Shown: positions 1 to 15,058, counted from the stretch's first letter. The stretch: 64,000 bases of DNA from Lingula anatina (GCA_051362555.1 CM120644.1:9246954-9310953), one strand, 5' to 3'. Numbers and translations are program-made. Notes: a model not told the origin generated them from the letters alone.

Positions 1-1
1 G

Positions 2-112
2 AACACGTTTGGGATGGCCAACGGTGGCCCCAGTTGCACCTATGAACATCTCAGAAAATATGGGCGGGGTTTGACACACATTAGGGGCCATTACGCATTC
101 TCCCATGTATAG
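2..112 (+). CDS. 3' end (cytoplasmic tail) of an upstream LRR-TM receptor paralog (copy 0), partial at the window edge
   Basis: The frame from base 2 reads NTFGMANGGPSCTYEHLRKYGRGLTHIRGHYAFSHV* and aligns with the G1 tail (NMDGMASSGPSGAYEPMRKDGRGLTQHKGHYAP). It is followed by the 3' flank shared with the other copies. Whether the rest of the gene is intact cannot be seen. Confidence 0.85.
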   Translation, partial: NTFGMANGGPSCTYEHLRKYGRGLTHIRGHYAFSHV

Positions 113-1040
113 TTCGTAAGTAAAGAGAAGAATATTCCAACTTGTTTGTCTTGTGCTATTTATATCTGTTTTACAAAGCAATTCGTTTTTACGAGTTTAC
201 AAACAGTTACCCAGTTCGTTGTGTTTTTCTGATTTATTAAATTTTGAATTGATCAGATCTTGTGAAAATATGTACATCAGGATTTATTAGGTTTGTAAAT
301 ACATACAGGTATAGGAAAAATCCCACAAATATCTTCTGTATATCAATATTGTCAGATCACGGATGTGCCAATGCTCACTAGTGTTTTAGTGTAAAACCTG
401 CACTTGCCTACTGCATGCACACTAATGCTGTGGAGCATGCACTATCTTGGTAAACGACAAATGGTATTCCTATAGAATGCCATAGCTTTCCTTGTAATAT
501 CCCCGTTATACTTACTGGACAGAATTTGATTTGTTACGTCAGCATCATATACTTAAACTGCGTTTATATATATATATGGTATATATAGTCAAACGTAAAC
601 TCAGATGCGTCGATGTTGTTTGAAATATTGTCACTGTGTTTTAGTAAAAAAACGATAGCATTTTTATAGTTACGAAAGAGTCCACATTTATAACAAGAAT
701 GTAACGCAGAATAGAGCAGACAGTTTAACACTGCTAGTACCCTTCACGGTCTTACTTTGGGTTTGCATTGGTCGTTTAGGAATTGGACACATGCCTTTAT
801 TTTTTCTTGTACACGGATAATGTCTCGTTGTGGATATAAACGCGAAGTATTGTCATGATTTTGGACTTAGGCAATACATGTTGTAAATGGATTGGAGAGG
901 CTATAGTTGTGATTATCTTTACGTGCTTCTAGTCTTTCCTAGTTAATTACGATTTGAAATCCAAGAAGGTCAAATTATTTGTGTTCATGTGTACCTTTGA
1001 AACATCAATCAACTGACGCGGAAAAGGTGTGTAAATCGCC

Positions 1041-1088
<48 letters not shown>
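1041..1088. repeat. (TAT)n microsatellite in the 3' flank of copy 0
   Basis: Read directly. An equivalent (TAT)n lies at ~20669-20724 behind G1. Confidence 0.95.
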
Positions 1089-1089
<1 letters not shown>

Positions 1090-1537
1090 GAAATAAAACC
1101 ATGTCGAATAGGTGACAAAGGCGTGTTCTTATAATTCCGATTTTCCACACATATTGCAACATAAATTAATGAAATATAAATATTTATATTTGATGTTACT
1201 TATGACATCTGTATCTGGAAGTACCAGTTTTGTAAATAACGTCGTGGGTATTAAACTTAAAACATTTGGTTAAAAAACATAATTTCAGAATCGGAGTTTA
1301 AAAAGAAAAAAATATTTCAGAATCTTACATGTGACGTTATTTCGGAAGTTATAGACCACTTGTTACATACCCTTTTCTCTATCTCTATTCACTCGTCTAC
1401 CACTGGACTCCGAAACCTTCCCCGAAAACATCGACCAGGGAAGAAGGCACCTGCAATGCACGGACTGTGTGTCCACAGGAAGCGACACCTTTGCTCCAGA
1501 AAATATTGCTTTACCAGCGCCGCCTATTGGTAATCTG

Positions 1538-2459
1538 GGCCCGGTTGCACCAACAGGGCGTAAATTTACTCGGCTACGACTGTCGTAAACCGCAACGCCT
1601 GGCGTCCGTGCGCCAGATTTATTCTCCCTGCTTACGTCCGTTGCACCAAGACAAAAACTGATCGTCGCAACTACGCCCGAGTAACGCTTCGTTGCATCAC
1701 TAGCCAACAATACGTGGATGGTATAATTGGGCAAATGAGGAGTTCTCAGCTGCAGTCATAATGGAATGATGACATAAATAAACACAAAAGGTGCATTTCA
1801 GTGACGGAGCAATTCATGAGCTAAATTATTCCATTTTGATTTAGAAATAAGAACGTTAAAATACGTTAACTTTGCTGTTGCCTTGGATATATAGCAATAA
1901 AATCGTAAATATATTCTGAATCAAAATATTATTATAGTGTGCTATGTATGCTATTATAGTATGCTGTTGTAAATGAGAGAAACGCGTTGGAGGCAGTACG
2001 TATTTCTATCAATGGATTTGTAACCGAAACTACTGAGTCTGAAAATAATGCAAAAACGCCAGCATTGCTTTCTTTTTATTATTTTACAACAGTGCCGACA
2101 ATTTCATGACCTTTTTTATCTATGGTTTCACCGTGAGGTATCATTTAATTCAATCGATCTAACATCTTGGAGATTGAGAAATACAAGAGACCTAATACAC
2201 ATTATATGAGCCTTTAAATGTTGATATTTTATGCTTTCGTCTCTATGTATATATACAGTAAAATATGAATGATATAAAATGTGAATAAAAAATGACTATG
2301 GTTAGTTATGGTTTGTCAAAAATTGTGAAAAGAATTAAAGAAACAGTACTGCTGAGAGCCAGGGCGTGTCGACATGAGTGGTAAGATTTAATTTGAACAC
2401 ATGCATATACATGTACATGGCTAAACACATAATGTATTTAATAATCACTCTTATATACT

Positions 2460-2533
<74 letters not shown>

Positions 2534-2845
2534 GTTTTTTTAAAACCAAGCTATGCAGACGGAAGTTTCGTGTAAGAAACAAACAAATAACGAACCACAT
2601 AATCTACGTTAACTACGATAATTGTCATCAAACTCTCTCTGTGCCAGCCTAGCCATAGTGCAAAACGAGCTACGACCGACTTACTCCACCTAGCTAGCAG
2701 GCGTAAATTTACGACTAAGTTAAGACCGACGTAAACACCATTCCAGTTTGGTGCAACTGGCTTTTCTCGGGCGTAGCATTTTGCGCCCGGTTTACGCCGG
2801 CGCAATTGCTACGCCTCACTTATGACCGGTTGGTGCAACCGGGCC
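1538..2845. mobile_element. Non-autonomous PIF/Harbinger-like DNA transposon (~1.3 kb)
   Basis: Perfect TIR GGCCCGGTTGCACCAAC / GTTGGTGCAACCGGGCC with a 3-bp TSD CTG (1535-1537, 2846-2848). The paralogous site at ~21150-21175 lacks the insert. Confidence 0.85.
2462..2529. repeat. (TA)n microsatellite inside the Harbinger-like element
   Basis: Read directly. Confidence 0.95.
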
Positions 2846-3739
2846 CTGGACAGTGAAATTAGCGGCTTCCCTGACCGTGAAAACAGTGAGGTGTACTGTG
2901 TGTTTGTTTTTTGCTCGATTTAGTTTGCATATAATATCTTGTGATTTATTCAATTTTGTCAAAGCTCTTATGACTAAAGGTCTAAATGCAATTTTATCAA
3001 AGTAATCAAAGTATAGTCAGTTATCATATGTTCAAAAATATTTAAGAACGAGATGTTTTAGGGTTCAAGCAATTGATACGTACGTATTGATGCTCTTTGC
3101 TTGTAGGAAACATTTTTCCACACAGTTTAAAGATGCATACAAAGTCAATTATTTGTCACAAAAACCAACCAAATGCCAGCATATAGTTTCAAGTAGTATA
3201 ACTAAGAGAATTACCAAAAGGCATTGTTTAATTTTACCCGAAAATGATGTTTGAACAGATTTTTCTGCTGGCATTCTAAGCTGTATGTCAATGGGGCAAG
3301 AAAGTAGGTCACGAATGTAGGTTAAATTTACAACCATAAATTTAAAGAAAGGAGCAGTTGAAAGGTGTTTTATGGCTGACCGAGTGATCTATTCAGTTTA
3401 TCCCTTGGCATGTCGAATTTATTTGAGTCATAAGAATCTAGTAGAAGTGGTTTACATGTGTTACTGGGAATCCACGCTCCACCGATGCTCGGTTCGTATG
3501 TACCTTAACACCACTACGAGGGAGCAGCCTGGGTAAGGAACACTTCATTGGTTGTATATGTATGTGACAATGCAGTAAAGGGGTTATGAACAGCATATCT
3601 AATTCACTTATCTTAAAATAATATTGATTTTGTTATTTTCAAAGGAGCGCTGCTAGAAAAAGTTTATTCATAAAATTTGAGCAGTTAAGAATATTTACTA
3701 ACTGAAAAAAACTTTTTTTTCAAGAAAGAGGATTATTAA

Positions 3740-4076
3740 AGGGATAATAACTCTTCGTATGAGATCTATATTTCATAATAAAAACCTTGTGAATAACTCA
3801 TAGAAATATAATATATTCTGTTTTACCACACAAACAGCAGTTATAGCCTTTATTCTGATATTTGAACTTGTCTTTAGACCACGTGACCTCCATTGATGTC
3901 TATACTCTGTTAAAATCTCTTAAGAGATTTTAACAAAAAACCAAACTTTTAAGAAAAAAACCAGGGACTAACTTTGAATGTAAAAATGGATTCATTAACC
4001 ATTGGTAAGTATGGGAAAATTGTTGTTTACTCCAGGAAAATTCATTTTTTGGCCGAAACGAAGAGTTATTATTGCT
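3740..4076. mobile_element. Kolobok-like MITE (337 bp)
   Basis: TIR AGGGATAATAACTCTTCGT / ACGAAGAGTTATTATTGCT with TTAA on both sides. Empty paralogous site at ~6110-6125. A second copy lies at ~40419. Confidence 0.85.
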
Positions 4077-4077
4077 T

Positions 4078-7000
4078 TAATTAAAATAAAAAGCATCGCC
4101 TTGTCTTACTTTCTGTCGTGACTAAGAAATTCAAGGGATGTCGTGACTAAGAAATTCAAGGAGGTCACGAGTATAGCCTATAAACAAACAGTTCATGGCA
4201 CGTCCACTTACGGAATATTCCTTCAAGATTAAACAATCTTTTTTAACGTGCTGGATTTTACAGAGAATAATATAAGTGAATAAAAAAGTCTTTGACATCT
4301 TAATCAATAGACTGAGTGATCCGAGATGTAGGCCTATATCTATTCCTAATTGTTGAATTCGATAATCATTGCCTTATTTTAAAAGTGTGCTTACTTTGCG
4401 TGATGAAGATAGCAGTTACTAGAGTTATCAATTGTATATTATTTGGCATATCCTCCTCCAATGTCGCACTATCCACAATCACTTCTCTACTCAGTCGGTT
4501 GTACTAGACAAACTTCAACCGGTTAATCAGTGTACACAAAACTAATAACAAGTTAAAGGGACATTTTGGAAAGGATTAATGCAAATCAATGTGAGGTAAC
4601 CTTAGCTAAGTCTATTGGGCTCACTTTATCAATACCCAATTCTATATCATTAATTGACATCTTTTACAAGGTTCATCACTATTAATTAATTTTCATACAC
4701 CGAGTGCCGCCTACAGATGATGAAGTGGTCACGATTATCCTGCTTATAAAAGAACACGTACATTGAGTTGTTTATTTATCATTGAACGTCACCAAATACT
4801 TTGGAGGTCGGGTTATATCTTTCTTACAAGGTCCTACTAACTGGAAGTTTATCTCAATACACATTTTAAATAAAGAGTCATTTTGAAAAAAAACATGTGA
4901 ATAACGATTAATTCATAAGAGGCTATAGTGACATTTAACACGGAAGGCGATGTGACACGTGGCACGTATGATATATGATATGATATGATATGTAGTTTCT
5001 ATATGCACGATAGAGGGTCGATGGGGGGGGGGTAGTGATCACAGTTCACGGGAAACAAAATGGGAAAATAAAAATTGACTATCACGTGTAACGAAAATAT
5101 CCAATGGGACCTTGATACTATCTGCAGTTACCGGTAGATTAGTTCAGACGAGAGATATTTATAAATAGTTACAATTTAATTTAACAAGCCTGATAGGGAT
5201 ATCCGAGGAGATCTCGATAGAGGCAGCGATCGAGGTCCACGGTAGCCCTACATTCCAGACATTTTTGGGTCAATTTTTACGGAATTTGTAGTCCATTCGT
5301 TTGCTTCAATGAAAATCAAAAGATATGATAAAATCAAGTGGGATTTCACGGTGTTGAGGGGAGAGTTGGCTCAAATATAGAGCAGACTAGCAATTGCTAA
5401 GTGGCAACGATTTAAAACCGACAAAATTTATGTATCTAAAGCTCTTTTTAATTGCGGTTTATTGAACGACAGTGTGAATACACCATGGTTTGCGTGCCAC
5501 TGTTATCTAAAACATCATCGAGTGGAGCATAGAGTGTCACCCTTATCGCTGAAAAGCTAATCCCACCTCACGTGTATTTTTGCCAATTTTGAAGTTCACT
5601 ATGCCGAAAGCCTCATTTAAGGCTAACACATTGCAAGTCTATACTAAGCAAACTACAGACTTGACATTTAATATGGAATATTTCAGTTTTGAAGGTACAT
5701 GTATGCCTAGGTAAAATGCCTTCTTTTTTGAAAAACCTCCGATCTCATATAAGATATGTGAATGGAGAATTGTTAAGTCAGGTATGTCGCTACCAATTAA
5801 CTGACTACCATGTCTGTTGCGCTGCTGTATGTGATAGTTACAATACGAGTCGCCTAGCTGTACGTGAAATATTACTAATGTATTAGCGAGCCGCAGGCGA
5901 GACAATACACAAGTAACTTTTACGTAAAGCTCGGCGACGAGTGTTGTATCTGGCTTAAACCGCGGCCTCTGATTGGCTACTACACTACTAGTGCAACAGA
6001 CCGTGGAACGCACTCGTACATGACGTGCTTGTATGTCGAATACAGCACGGTCGAGTTTCTTGTTCTACGTTGTTCTACGTCTTGTTCTACGTTTTTTTAA
6101 AGAAAGAGCATTATTAATTAAAATAAAAAGCATCGCCGTGTCTTACTTTCTGTCGTGACTAAGAAATTCAAGGGAGGCCACGAGTATAGCCTATTAACAA
6201 ACAGTTCATGAAATGTCCACTTATGAAATATTCTTTCAAGATTTAACAATCTTTTTTAATGTGTTGGATTTTACAGAGAATAATATAAGTAAATAAAACA
6301 AGTCTTTGATAACTTAAACAATAGACCGAGTGATCCGAGATGTATATCTATTTTTTATTGTTGAATTCGATAATCATTGTCTTATTATGTTAAAGTATGC
6401 TTACTTTGCGTGATGAAGATAGTTTTTACTTGAGATATCAATTGTATATTATTCGTCATATCCTACTGCAATGCTGCATTATCTACGAGCACTTCTCTAC
6501 TTAGTCGGTTGTACTAGGCAAGCTTCAACGGGTTAATCAGTGCACACAAAACTAATAGTTTAAGTTTAAAAAGGGACACTTTGGAAAGGATTAATGCAAA
6601 TTAATGTGAGGTAACCTTAGTAAAGTATATTGAGTTAACTTTATCTATACCCGTTTCTATATCATTGACATCTTTTACTGGCGTTAATCAGTATTTATTA
6701 ATTATCATACAATGAGTGCCGCGTACAGATTATGAAGTGGTCACGATTACCCTGCTTAAAGAACACGTGCATTGAATCGATTATTTATCTTTGAACGCAG
6801 CCGAGTATTTTGGAGGTCGGGTTATATTTTTCTCACAAGCTCCTACTCACTGGAACTTCAACTCGATACAACATTTGAAAAAAGAATTATTTTGAAAAAA
6901 AATGTGAACAACGATTAATTCAGGTCTCTTATGAGAATACAGTGACATATTACGGAAGGCAATGTGACACAAGGCACATACATGTATGATTTGTACATGT

Positions 7001-7900
7001 ACATGTAGTTACTATACATTACAATAGAGGGTCACATGAGGAGTAGTAATCACGGTTTATGGAAAACAAAATCATTAAATCATAAATCACAGTAAATGCA
7101 TAAATATGTACATATAGTTACTATACATTTACACTGGAGGGTCCCATGAGGCGGTTTGGGGGAGGGGGGAGGGTAGCGATCACGGTTCACGGGAAACAAA
7201 ATCATTAGATCAAAAATTACAGTAAATAAAATGTTATTCATATATCATTGGTGATGCAAATCCGGCGAGTTGAAAATCACTAATCAACAAGTATAAAAAC
7301 TTCGGTTCACGAAGTACGAGGGGGAAAAACGGTATTCAGGAGTCATGGGAATGGGGTGCTTCACGGATCATGCTTTATATTACGAAATTTTCGCGCCTCT
7401 TGGGAAATAAAAAGTGACTTCATGAGTAAAGAAAATATCCAATGGGACCCTGACACTATCTGCACTTTCATGTACCGGTAAATGAGTTCAGACGGGAGAT
7501 ATTTATAACTAATTACAATCTAACTAGCCTGATAGGGATATTAGAGGAAATCGAGGCAGCGAGGTACACGGTAGCACTACTACTACCAGACAAATGTTGG
7601 TCAACAGTGAAATTTTACGATTTTTTGTGGTCCGTGCCTTCGATTCAATGGAAATCAAAAGTAATAATAAAACCAAGAGGACTTTCGCGGGATTGAGGGG
7701 AGAATTGGCTCATAAATAAGGATAGACTAGCAAGGGCTGCGTGGCAACGAGTAAAAGCCGACAAAATGAACGTACATATTTTTTCGGGTTTTTTATCTTT
7801 CTAATTGCAATTTTTTGAACGACATTGTGAATACACCATGGTTTGCGTGCAACTGTTTTTTTGCTTTGTAAAACATCATCGAGTTGCGCATAGAGTTTCA
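4078..7900. repeat. Older diverged tandem duplication of a ~1.6-1.8 kb non-coding block (~4078-5650 vs ~6110-7900)
   Basis: Both halves start ttaaaataaaaagcatcgcc...tcgtgactaagaaattcaagg and run collinearly to catcatcgagt. Homologous blocks also occur at ~21500-22450 and ~27790-30550. Confidence 0.85.
5656..5835 (+). mobile_element. Left-end fragment of the same Tc1/mariner family (duplicated at ~12163-12342)
   Basis: TA-cagacttgacatttaatatgg...ccaattaactgactaccatgtctgttgc matches 51146-51310. Empty site at ~30555. Confidence 0.7.
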
Positions 7901-7919
7901 TCTAACAACTAGTCTGTCT

Positions 7920-8310
7920 TCATTCAGAACTGCGAATTAACTTTTCCGCGGATCAAATATGACCGACAACTTGAATGCTTGTTGCATAATAATGTATTCA
8001 GTGTCTACAAGGGTATTAGACGGCAAGCTTTTAAACGGGTGGCCATTTTTGATCCGAGGTTCTGAAGGCGGCCAAAAACTGTATTCATAACTAGGTGATC
8101 CGCGAACTAATTTGTACGAGGATTTAATATGCTGCCCACTGAAAAGTCAGTCGTATAATCCCCTAACAATAATGTAACGGATACTCCGCCTCCCACACGT
8201 GCTGTCCGAACAGAGGAGGAACTATTGAATATCGAATTGCGTTCAATTGGACCGCGCCATATTTGATCCACGGGCTACTTAATTAGCGGATCAACTGGTT
8301 GTGAATGCTC
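7920..8310. mobile_element. Two adjacent old fold-back MITE-like units (also at ~14427-14817, with parts at ~22610-22815 and ~30925-31200)
   Basis: Inverted arms cattcagaac..gcggatcaaa / tttgatccgaggttctgaaggc and gtattcataactaggtgatccgc / gcggatcaactggttgtgaatgc. Confidence 0.55.
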
Positions 8311-8551
8311 TCTAAGCAAGGATGCAATTTTGGCTTAACGCTTCAATTTCCAACTAAATGATAAATAAAAATAAAATGAGTTTTCAAATGCAAACAAAAC
8401 GATTTACGAAAACACTAAAAAAAGAAAACGATAAAAAAAGATTGCCATACACATGGCAATATACCAACTAATGTATCATTTACCGTTGATCAGTGTTTAT
8501 AACACTGAGTGCCGCAGAGAGATTAAGAAGTGACCTCAATGAACCCCTTAA

Positions 8552-9659
8552 AGGTAGATCGGTCGTTACGTAATTTGACGATTTGCGCAATTTCAGCGCA
8601 TCGTCAATCGTCTCTTACGACATTTCAGTCTGTTTTATCAATTCAAGGAAATAAAACAATTATCTATAAGATAAACAAACATTATCAACTTGTCTTTAAC
8701 TCGGTACGATCGATATAGTTTTCCGACAACATTCGCAGACTATGAGTCGACTATGATTACATCCGACAACTGTAGAACGTTCATAGATTTACCCTTCAAG
8801 AAATCGACGGAAATATCCCTTTTTCAAATTTGAATGGGCATTGTAGAAAAAGAATGACAGCTAAAGCTCACAAATTATGCACGTAGGTTCTATATCATGT
8901 TAAGAATAAGTCTTGTAAATTTCAATCAAAGCGGTTGCGTATATTTTGAGGTAGAACGCTCGACGAAAACCGGAAGTGCATCGTTACGTCACTCACTTGT
9001 ACTTGGAAAGCTGCTGGGTGATTTTCCGATGAGAAATATTTCGTAGCTTTCACAAATGTTCAGAAAATGACCATACAGATTGAAGAAAATTCACTTATCA
9101 AAATTTAAACTGCGCAACATTATAAAAACGTCTTTCCGTCGATTTCTTGAAGGGCAGTGTTGTTGAGATTTTTTCAGGCTATTGGTGTATTTTTGACCTT
9201 TTTGTGGTGCTGGTACATAGGCCTACAACATTAATGAGATTTTTCTGGGCTGATTTCCATTTTTTTAAGGGGAGGGAGGAGCCAAAAAGTCACATTCATA
9301 TTATATTCATTACATAGATAAATAATAACGACAATAAACTATTTTTACATGCATGACACATTTCCCCTCTTCAATAAATCTATTGTAAAGTTAATGGCTT
9401 ACACCTTCCCATCAGTATGACAAATCTAAAGATACATGTAGCTAGTATACTCACTTCAACTGTTAAACAAAATAAGTTTTAAATGTACTTGGATGTCTCT
9501 CCACACAAAACAAAAATAAAAATTCAAAGGTAAGAAAATCATAAAAAATAACTTTTTAGTGAAAAACCGCCCATTTTCCCATTGATTTGAATGGGGACTA
9601 GTGCGATATGCAGGGTGTAACATATTTGGGCGTAGTTCTCTTATTTGGTCGGTGACCCC

Positions 9660-9712
<53 letters not shown>

Positions 9713-9795
9713 AAATTCTTAATGTGCTTGGGTGTCTCTGCAAACAAACAAAAAATTTTAATTCGAATGTTGGAACATGTAACGACCGATCTACC
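8552..9795. mobile_element. TTAA-targeting (Kolobok-like) non-autonomous element, ~1.24 kb
   Basis: TIR GGTAGATCGGTCGTTAC / GTAACGACCGATCTACC flanked by TTAA(A). Internal perfect 22-bp inverted repeat (8792-8813 / 9133-9154). Empty sites at ~23050 and ~31240. Confidence 0.85.
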
Positions 9796-10135
9796 TTAAA
9801 GGAGGAATTTCTTGAAAACAGATTATCATGTAATTCGTAATTCAACTGACCAAAGTTTATGAAGACCGATCATTTAAGTTGTGTGGCACATGTAAGTTAG
9901 AAATATAAAAACACACACACATCTATGTATACTGCACGAGATAATGGATTATTGAGATACAATGTAAGAAGAAGGTTGTAATTAAAGATAAGAATTTGTG
10001 TAGTTGGATGGTTGACAATCTGTTTCATGTATCAATAATTAACCACAAACAAATAAATATAAGAGTACCTTAGGCAAAAAGCAGTTACTAAGTACAAAGT
10101 ACAAGTAACCAAGTAAAATAATATTATCTGACTTG

Positions 10136-10308
10136 ATAAATGAAGATATACGGTAAACGTGTGTAGTCTAGTGTACATGGTTTATTCATTTAGCAAACAA
10201 CCAACGGACTCAGTTGTCATATGCAGAGGCTTGTGGAATACGTGACAGAAGGCAACACACATAGTTTCTTCTACATACTGATGTCCTGATCTTAACAGCT
10301 CGGTAAGT
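10136..10308 (+). promoter_or_regulatory. Duplicated (orphan) class A promoter and first exon; donor at 10303
   Basis: Identical to 16640-16812 through the 6.5-kb duplication. Confidence 0.5.
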
Positions 10309-13300
10309 AGTATAGGTGCAGTAAAGGGTAACAGGTGTTTGGTAAAACAAGTAATTGCTGGGTGTCATTTTGTTTCACTTTCAAATACTTTCATTTATCA
10401 GTGTACAGAAGGTAATGAAGAACAATGGCGGGCACAGACATAACTGCTATCTTTGCAAAGGCAGTTCTTCAGTACAACCACTGCTGTTGAACTGGCAATT
10501 AAGAGTGCATCAATTGCTCATTCTTCAACATACAAACTGGCCATTCTTTAACATACAAACTTTACGAGCCTGTCAAGCCAAAAAAGCACTGTGCCTTTGA
10601 AGCCCTCTGTGCGCTCTCTATTTATCTGTCTAGCGTATGTACTAAGTTCATCTTGATAAAAATGATTGCCTTTCCATTTAAATTACATGTAGCAGACGGT
10701 GCCAAAATCATAAAAAAGAAAATATAGGACACAAATTTTGCATTATTTTAATTGTTAAGAAGTTTGAATACCATCGCAAAAGAATAAAAAAGTCTTTGAC
10801 ATCTTAATCAATAGACTGAGTGATCCGAGATGTAGGCCTATATCTATTCCTAATTGTTGAATTCGATAATCATTGCCTTATTTTAAAAGTGTGCTTACTT
10901 TGCGTGATGAAGATAGCAGTTACTAGAGTTATCAATTGTATATTATTTGGCATATCCTCCTCCAATGTCGCACTATCCACAATCACTTCTCTACTCAGTC
11001 GGTTGTACTAGACAAACTTCAACCGGTTAATCAGTGTACACAAAACTAATAACAAGTTAAAGGGACATTTTGGAAAGGATTAATGCAAATCAATGTGAGG
11101 TAACCTTAGCTAAGTCTATTGGGCTCACTTTATCAATACCCAATTCTATATCATTAATTGACATCTTTTACAAGGTTCATCACTATTAATTAATTTTCAT
11201 ACACCGAGTGCCGCCTACAGATGATGAAGTGGTCACGATTATCCTGCTTATAAAAGAACACGTACATTGAGTTGTTTATTTATCATTGAACGTCACCAAA
11301 TACTTTGGAGGTCGGGTTATATCTTTCTTACAAGGTCCTACTAACTGGAAGTTTATCTCAATACACATTTTAAATAAAGAGTCATTTTGAAAAAAAACAT
11401 GTGAATAACGATTAATTCATAAGAGGCTATAGTGACATTTAACACGGAAGGCGATGTGACACGTGGCACGTATGATATATGATATGATATGATATGTAGT
11501 TTCTATATGCACGATAGAGGGTCGATGGGGGGGGGGGGGTAGTGATCACAGTTCACGGGAAACAAAATGGGAAAATAAAAATTGACTATCACGTGTAACG
11601 AAAATATCCAATGGGACCTTGATACTATCTGCAGTTACCGGTAGATTAGTTCAGACGAGAGATATTTATAAATAGTTACAATTTAATTTAACAAGCCTGA
11701 TAGGGATATCCGAGGAGATCTCGATAGAGGCAGCGATCGAGGTCCACGGTAGCCCTACATTCCAGACATTTTTGGGTCAATTTTTACGGAATTTGTAGTC
11801 CATTCGTTTGCTTCAATGAAAATCAAAAGATATGATAAAATCAAGTGGGATTTCACGGTGTTGAGGGGAGAGTTGGCTCAAATATAGAGCAGACTAGCAA
11901 TTGCTAAGTGGCAACGATTTAAAACCGACAAAATTTATGTATCTAAAGCTCTTTTTAATTGCGGTTTATTGAACGACAGTGTGAATACACCATGGTTTGC
12001 GTGCCACTGTTATCTAAAACATCATCGAGTGGAGCATAGAGTGTCACCCTTATCGCTGAAAAGCTAATCCCACCTCACGTGTATTTTTGCCAATTTTGAA
12101 GTTCACTATGCCGAAAGCCTCATTTAAGGCTAACACATTGCAAGTCTATACTAAGCAAACTACAGACTTGACATTTAATATGGAATATTTCAGTTTTGAA
12201 GGTACATGTATGCCTAGGTAAAATGCCTTCTTTTTTGAAAAACCTCCGATCTCATATAAGATATGTGAATGGAGAATTGTTAAGTCAGGTATGTCGCTAC
12301 CAATTAACTGACTACCATGTCTGTTGCGCTGCTGTATGTGATAGTTACAATACGAGTCGCCTAGCTGTACGTGAAATATTACTAATGTATTAGCGAGCCG
12401 CAGGCGAGACAATACACAAGTAACTTTTACGTAAAGCTCGGCGACGAGTGTTGTATCTGGCTTAAACCGCGGCCTCTGATTGGCTACTACACTACTAGTG
12501 CAACAGACCGTGGAACGCACTCGTACATGACGTGCTTGTATGTCGAATACAGCACGGTCGAGTTTCTTGTTCTACGTTGTTCTACGTCTTGTTCTACGTT
12601 TTTTTAAAGAAAGAGCATTATTAATTAAAATAAAAAGCATCGCCGTGTCTTACTTTCTGTCGTGACTAAGAAATTCAAGGGAGGCCACGAGTATAGCCTA
12701 TTAACAAACAGTTCATGAAATGTCCACTTATGAAATATTCTTTCAAGATTTAACAATCTTTTTTAATGTGTTGGATTTTACAGAGAATAATATAAGTAAA
12801 TAAAACAAGTCTTTGATAACTTAAACAATAGACCGAGTGATCCGAGATGTATATCTATTTTTTATTGTTGAATTCGATAATCATTGTCTTATTATGTTAA
12901 AGTATGCTTACTTTGCGTGATGAAGATAGTTTTTACTTGAGATATCAATTGTATATTATTCGTCATATCCTACTGCAATGCTGCATTATCTACGAGCACT
13001 TCTCTACTTAGTCGGTTGTACTAGGCAAGCTTCAACGGGTTAATCAGTGCACACAAAACTAATAGTTTAAGTTTAAAAAGGGACACTTTGGAAAGGATTA
13101 ATGCAAATTAATGTGAGGTAACCTTAGTAAAGTATATTGAGTTAACTTTATCTATACCCGTTTCTATATCATTGACATCTTTTACTGGCGTTAATCAGTA
13201 TTTATTAATTATCATACAATGAGTGCCGCGTACAGATTATGAAGTGGTCACGATTACCCTGCTTAAAGAACACGTGCATTGAATCGATTATTTATCTTTG

Positions 13301-15058
13301 AACGCAGCCGAGTATTTTGGAGGTCGGGTTATATTTTTCTCACAAGCTCCTACTCACTGGAACTTCAACTCGATACAACATTTGAAAAAAGAATTATTTT
13401 GAAAAAAAATGTGAACAACGATTAATTCAGGTCTCTTATGAGAATACAGTGACATATTACGGAAGGCAATGTGACACAAGGCACATACATGTATGATTTG
13501 TACATGTACATGTAGTTACTATACATTACAATAGAGGGTCACATGAGGAGTAGTAATCACGGTTTATGGAAAACAAAATCATTAAATCATAAATCACAGT
13601 AAATGCATAAATATGTACATATAGTTACTATACATTTACACTGGAGGGTCCCATGAGGCGGTTTGGGGGAGGGGGGAGGGTAGCGATCACGGTTCACGGG
13701 AAACAAAATCATTAGATCAAAAATTACAGTAAATAAAATGTTATTCATATATCATTGGTGATGCAAATCCGGCGAGTTGAAAATCACTAATCAACAAGTA
13801 TAAAAACTTCGGTTCACGAAGTACGAGGGGGAAAAACGGTATTCAGGAGTCATGGGAATGGGGTGCTTCACGGATCATGCTTTATATTACGAAATTTTCG
13901 CGCCTCTTGGGAAATAAAAAGTGACTTCATGAGTAAAGAAAATATCCAATGGGACCCTGACACTATCTGCACTTTCATGTACCGGTAAATGAGTTCAGAC
14001 GGGAGATATTTATAACTAATTACAATCTAACTAGCCTGATAGGGATATTAGAGGAAATCGAGGCAGCGAGGTACACGGTAGCACTACTACTACCAGACAA
14101 ATGTTGGTCAACAGTGAAATTTTACGATTTTTTGTGGTCCGTGCCTTCGATTCAATGGAAATCAAAAGTAATAATAAAACCAAGAGGACTTTCGCGGGAT
14201 TGAGGGGAGAATTGGCTCATAAATAAGGATAGACTAGCAAGGGCTGCGTGGCAACGAGTAAAAGCCGACAAAATGAACGTACATATTTTTTCGGGTTTTT
14301 TATCTTTCTAATTGCAATTTTTTGAACGACATTGTGAATACACCATGGTTTGCGTGCAACTGTTTTTTTGCTTTGTAAAACATCATCGAGTTGCGCATAG
14401 AGTTTCATCTAACAACTAGTCTGTCTTCATTCAGAACTGCGAATTAACTTTTCCGCGGATCAAATATGACCGACAACTTGAATGCTTGTTGCATAATAAT
14501 GTATTCAGTGTCTACAAGGGTATTAGACGGCAAGCTTTTAAACGGGTGGCCATTTTTGATCCGAGGTTCTGAAGGCGGCCAAAAACTGTATTCATAACTA
14601 GGTGATCCGCGAACTAATTTGTACGAGGATTTAATATGCTGCCCACTGAAAAGTCAGTCGTATAATCCCCTAACAATAATGTAACGGATACTCCGCCTCC
14701 CACACGTGCTGTCCGAACAGAGGAGGAACTATTGAATATCGAATTGCGTTCAATTGGACCGCGCCATATTTGATCCACGGGCTACTTAATTAGCGGATCA
14801 ACTGGTTGTGAATGCTCTCTAAGCAAGGATGCAATTTTGGCTTAACGCTTCAATTTCCAACTAAATGATAAATAAAAATAAAATGAGTTTTCAAATGCAA
14901 ACAAAACGATTTACGAAAACACTAAAAAAAGAAAACGATAAAAAAAGATTGCCATAAACATGGCAATATACCAACTAATGTATCATTTACCGTTGATCAG
15001 TGTTTATAACACTGAGTGCCGCAGAGAGATTAAGAAGTGACCTCAATGAACCCCTTAA

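Noticed and set aside
9456-9845. Poly-Lys/poly-Phe ORFs (also 15963-16349, 40572-40925, 45646-45981) and poly-Asn or IY-repeat ORFs (29296, 54708, 54985)
   Set aside because: These are translations of homopolymers and microsatellites.
9980-10145. GATA plus RUNX 'hemocyte enhancer' and kappaB-like sites in the upstream blocks
   Set aside because: The motifs are short and the background is AT-rich. AACCACA is AACCACG in G2 and G3, so it is not conserved enough to support a call.
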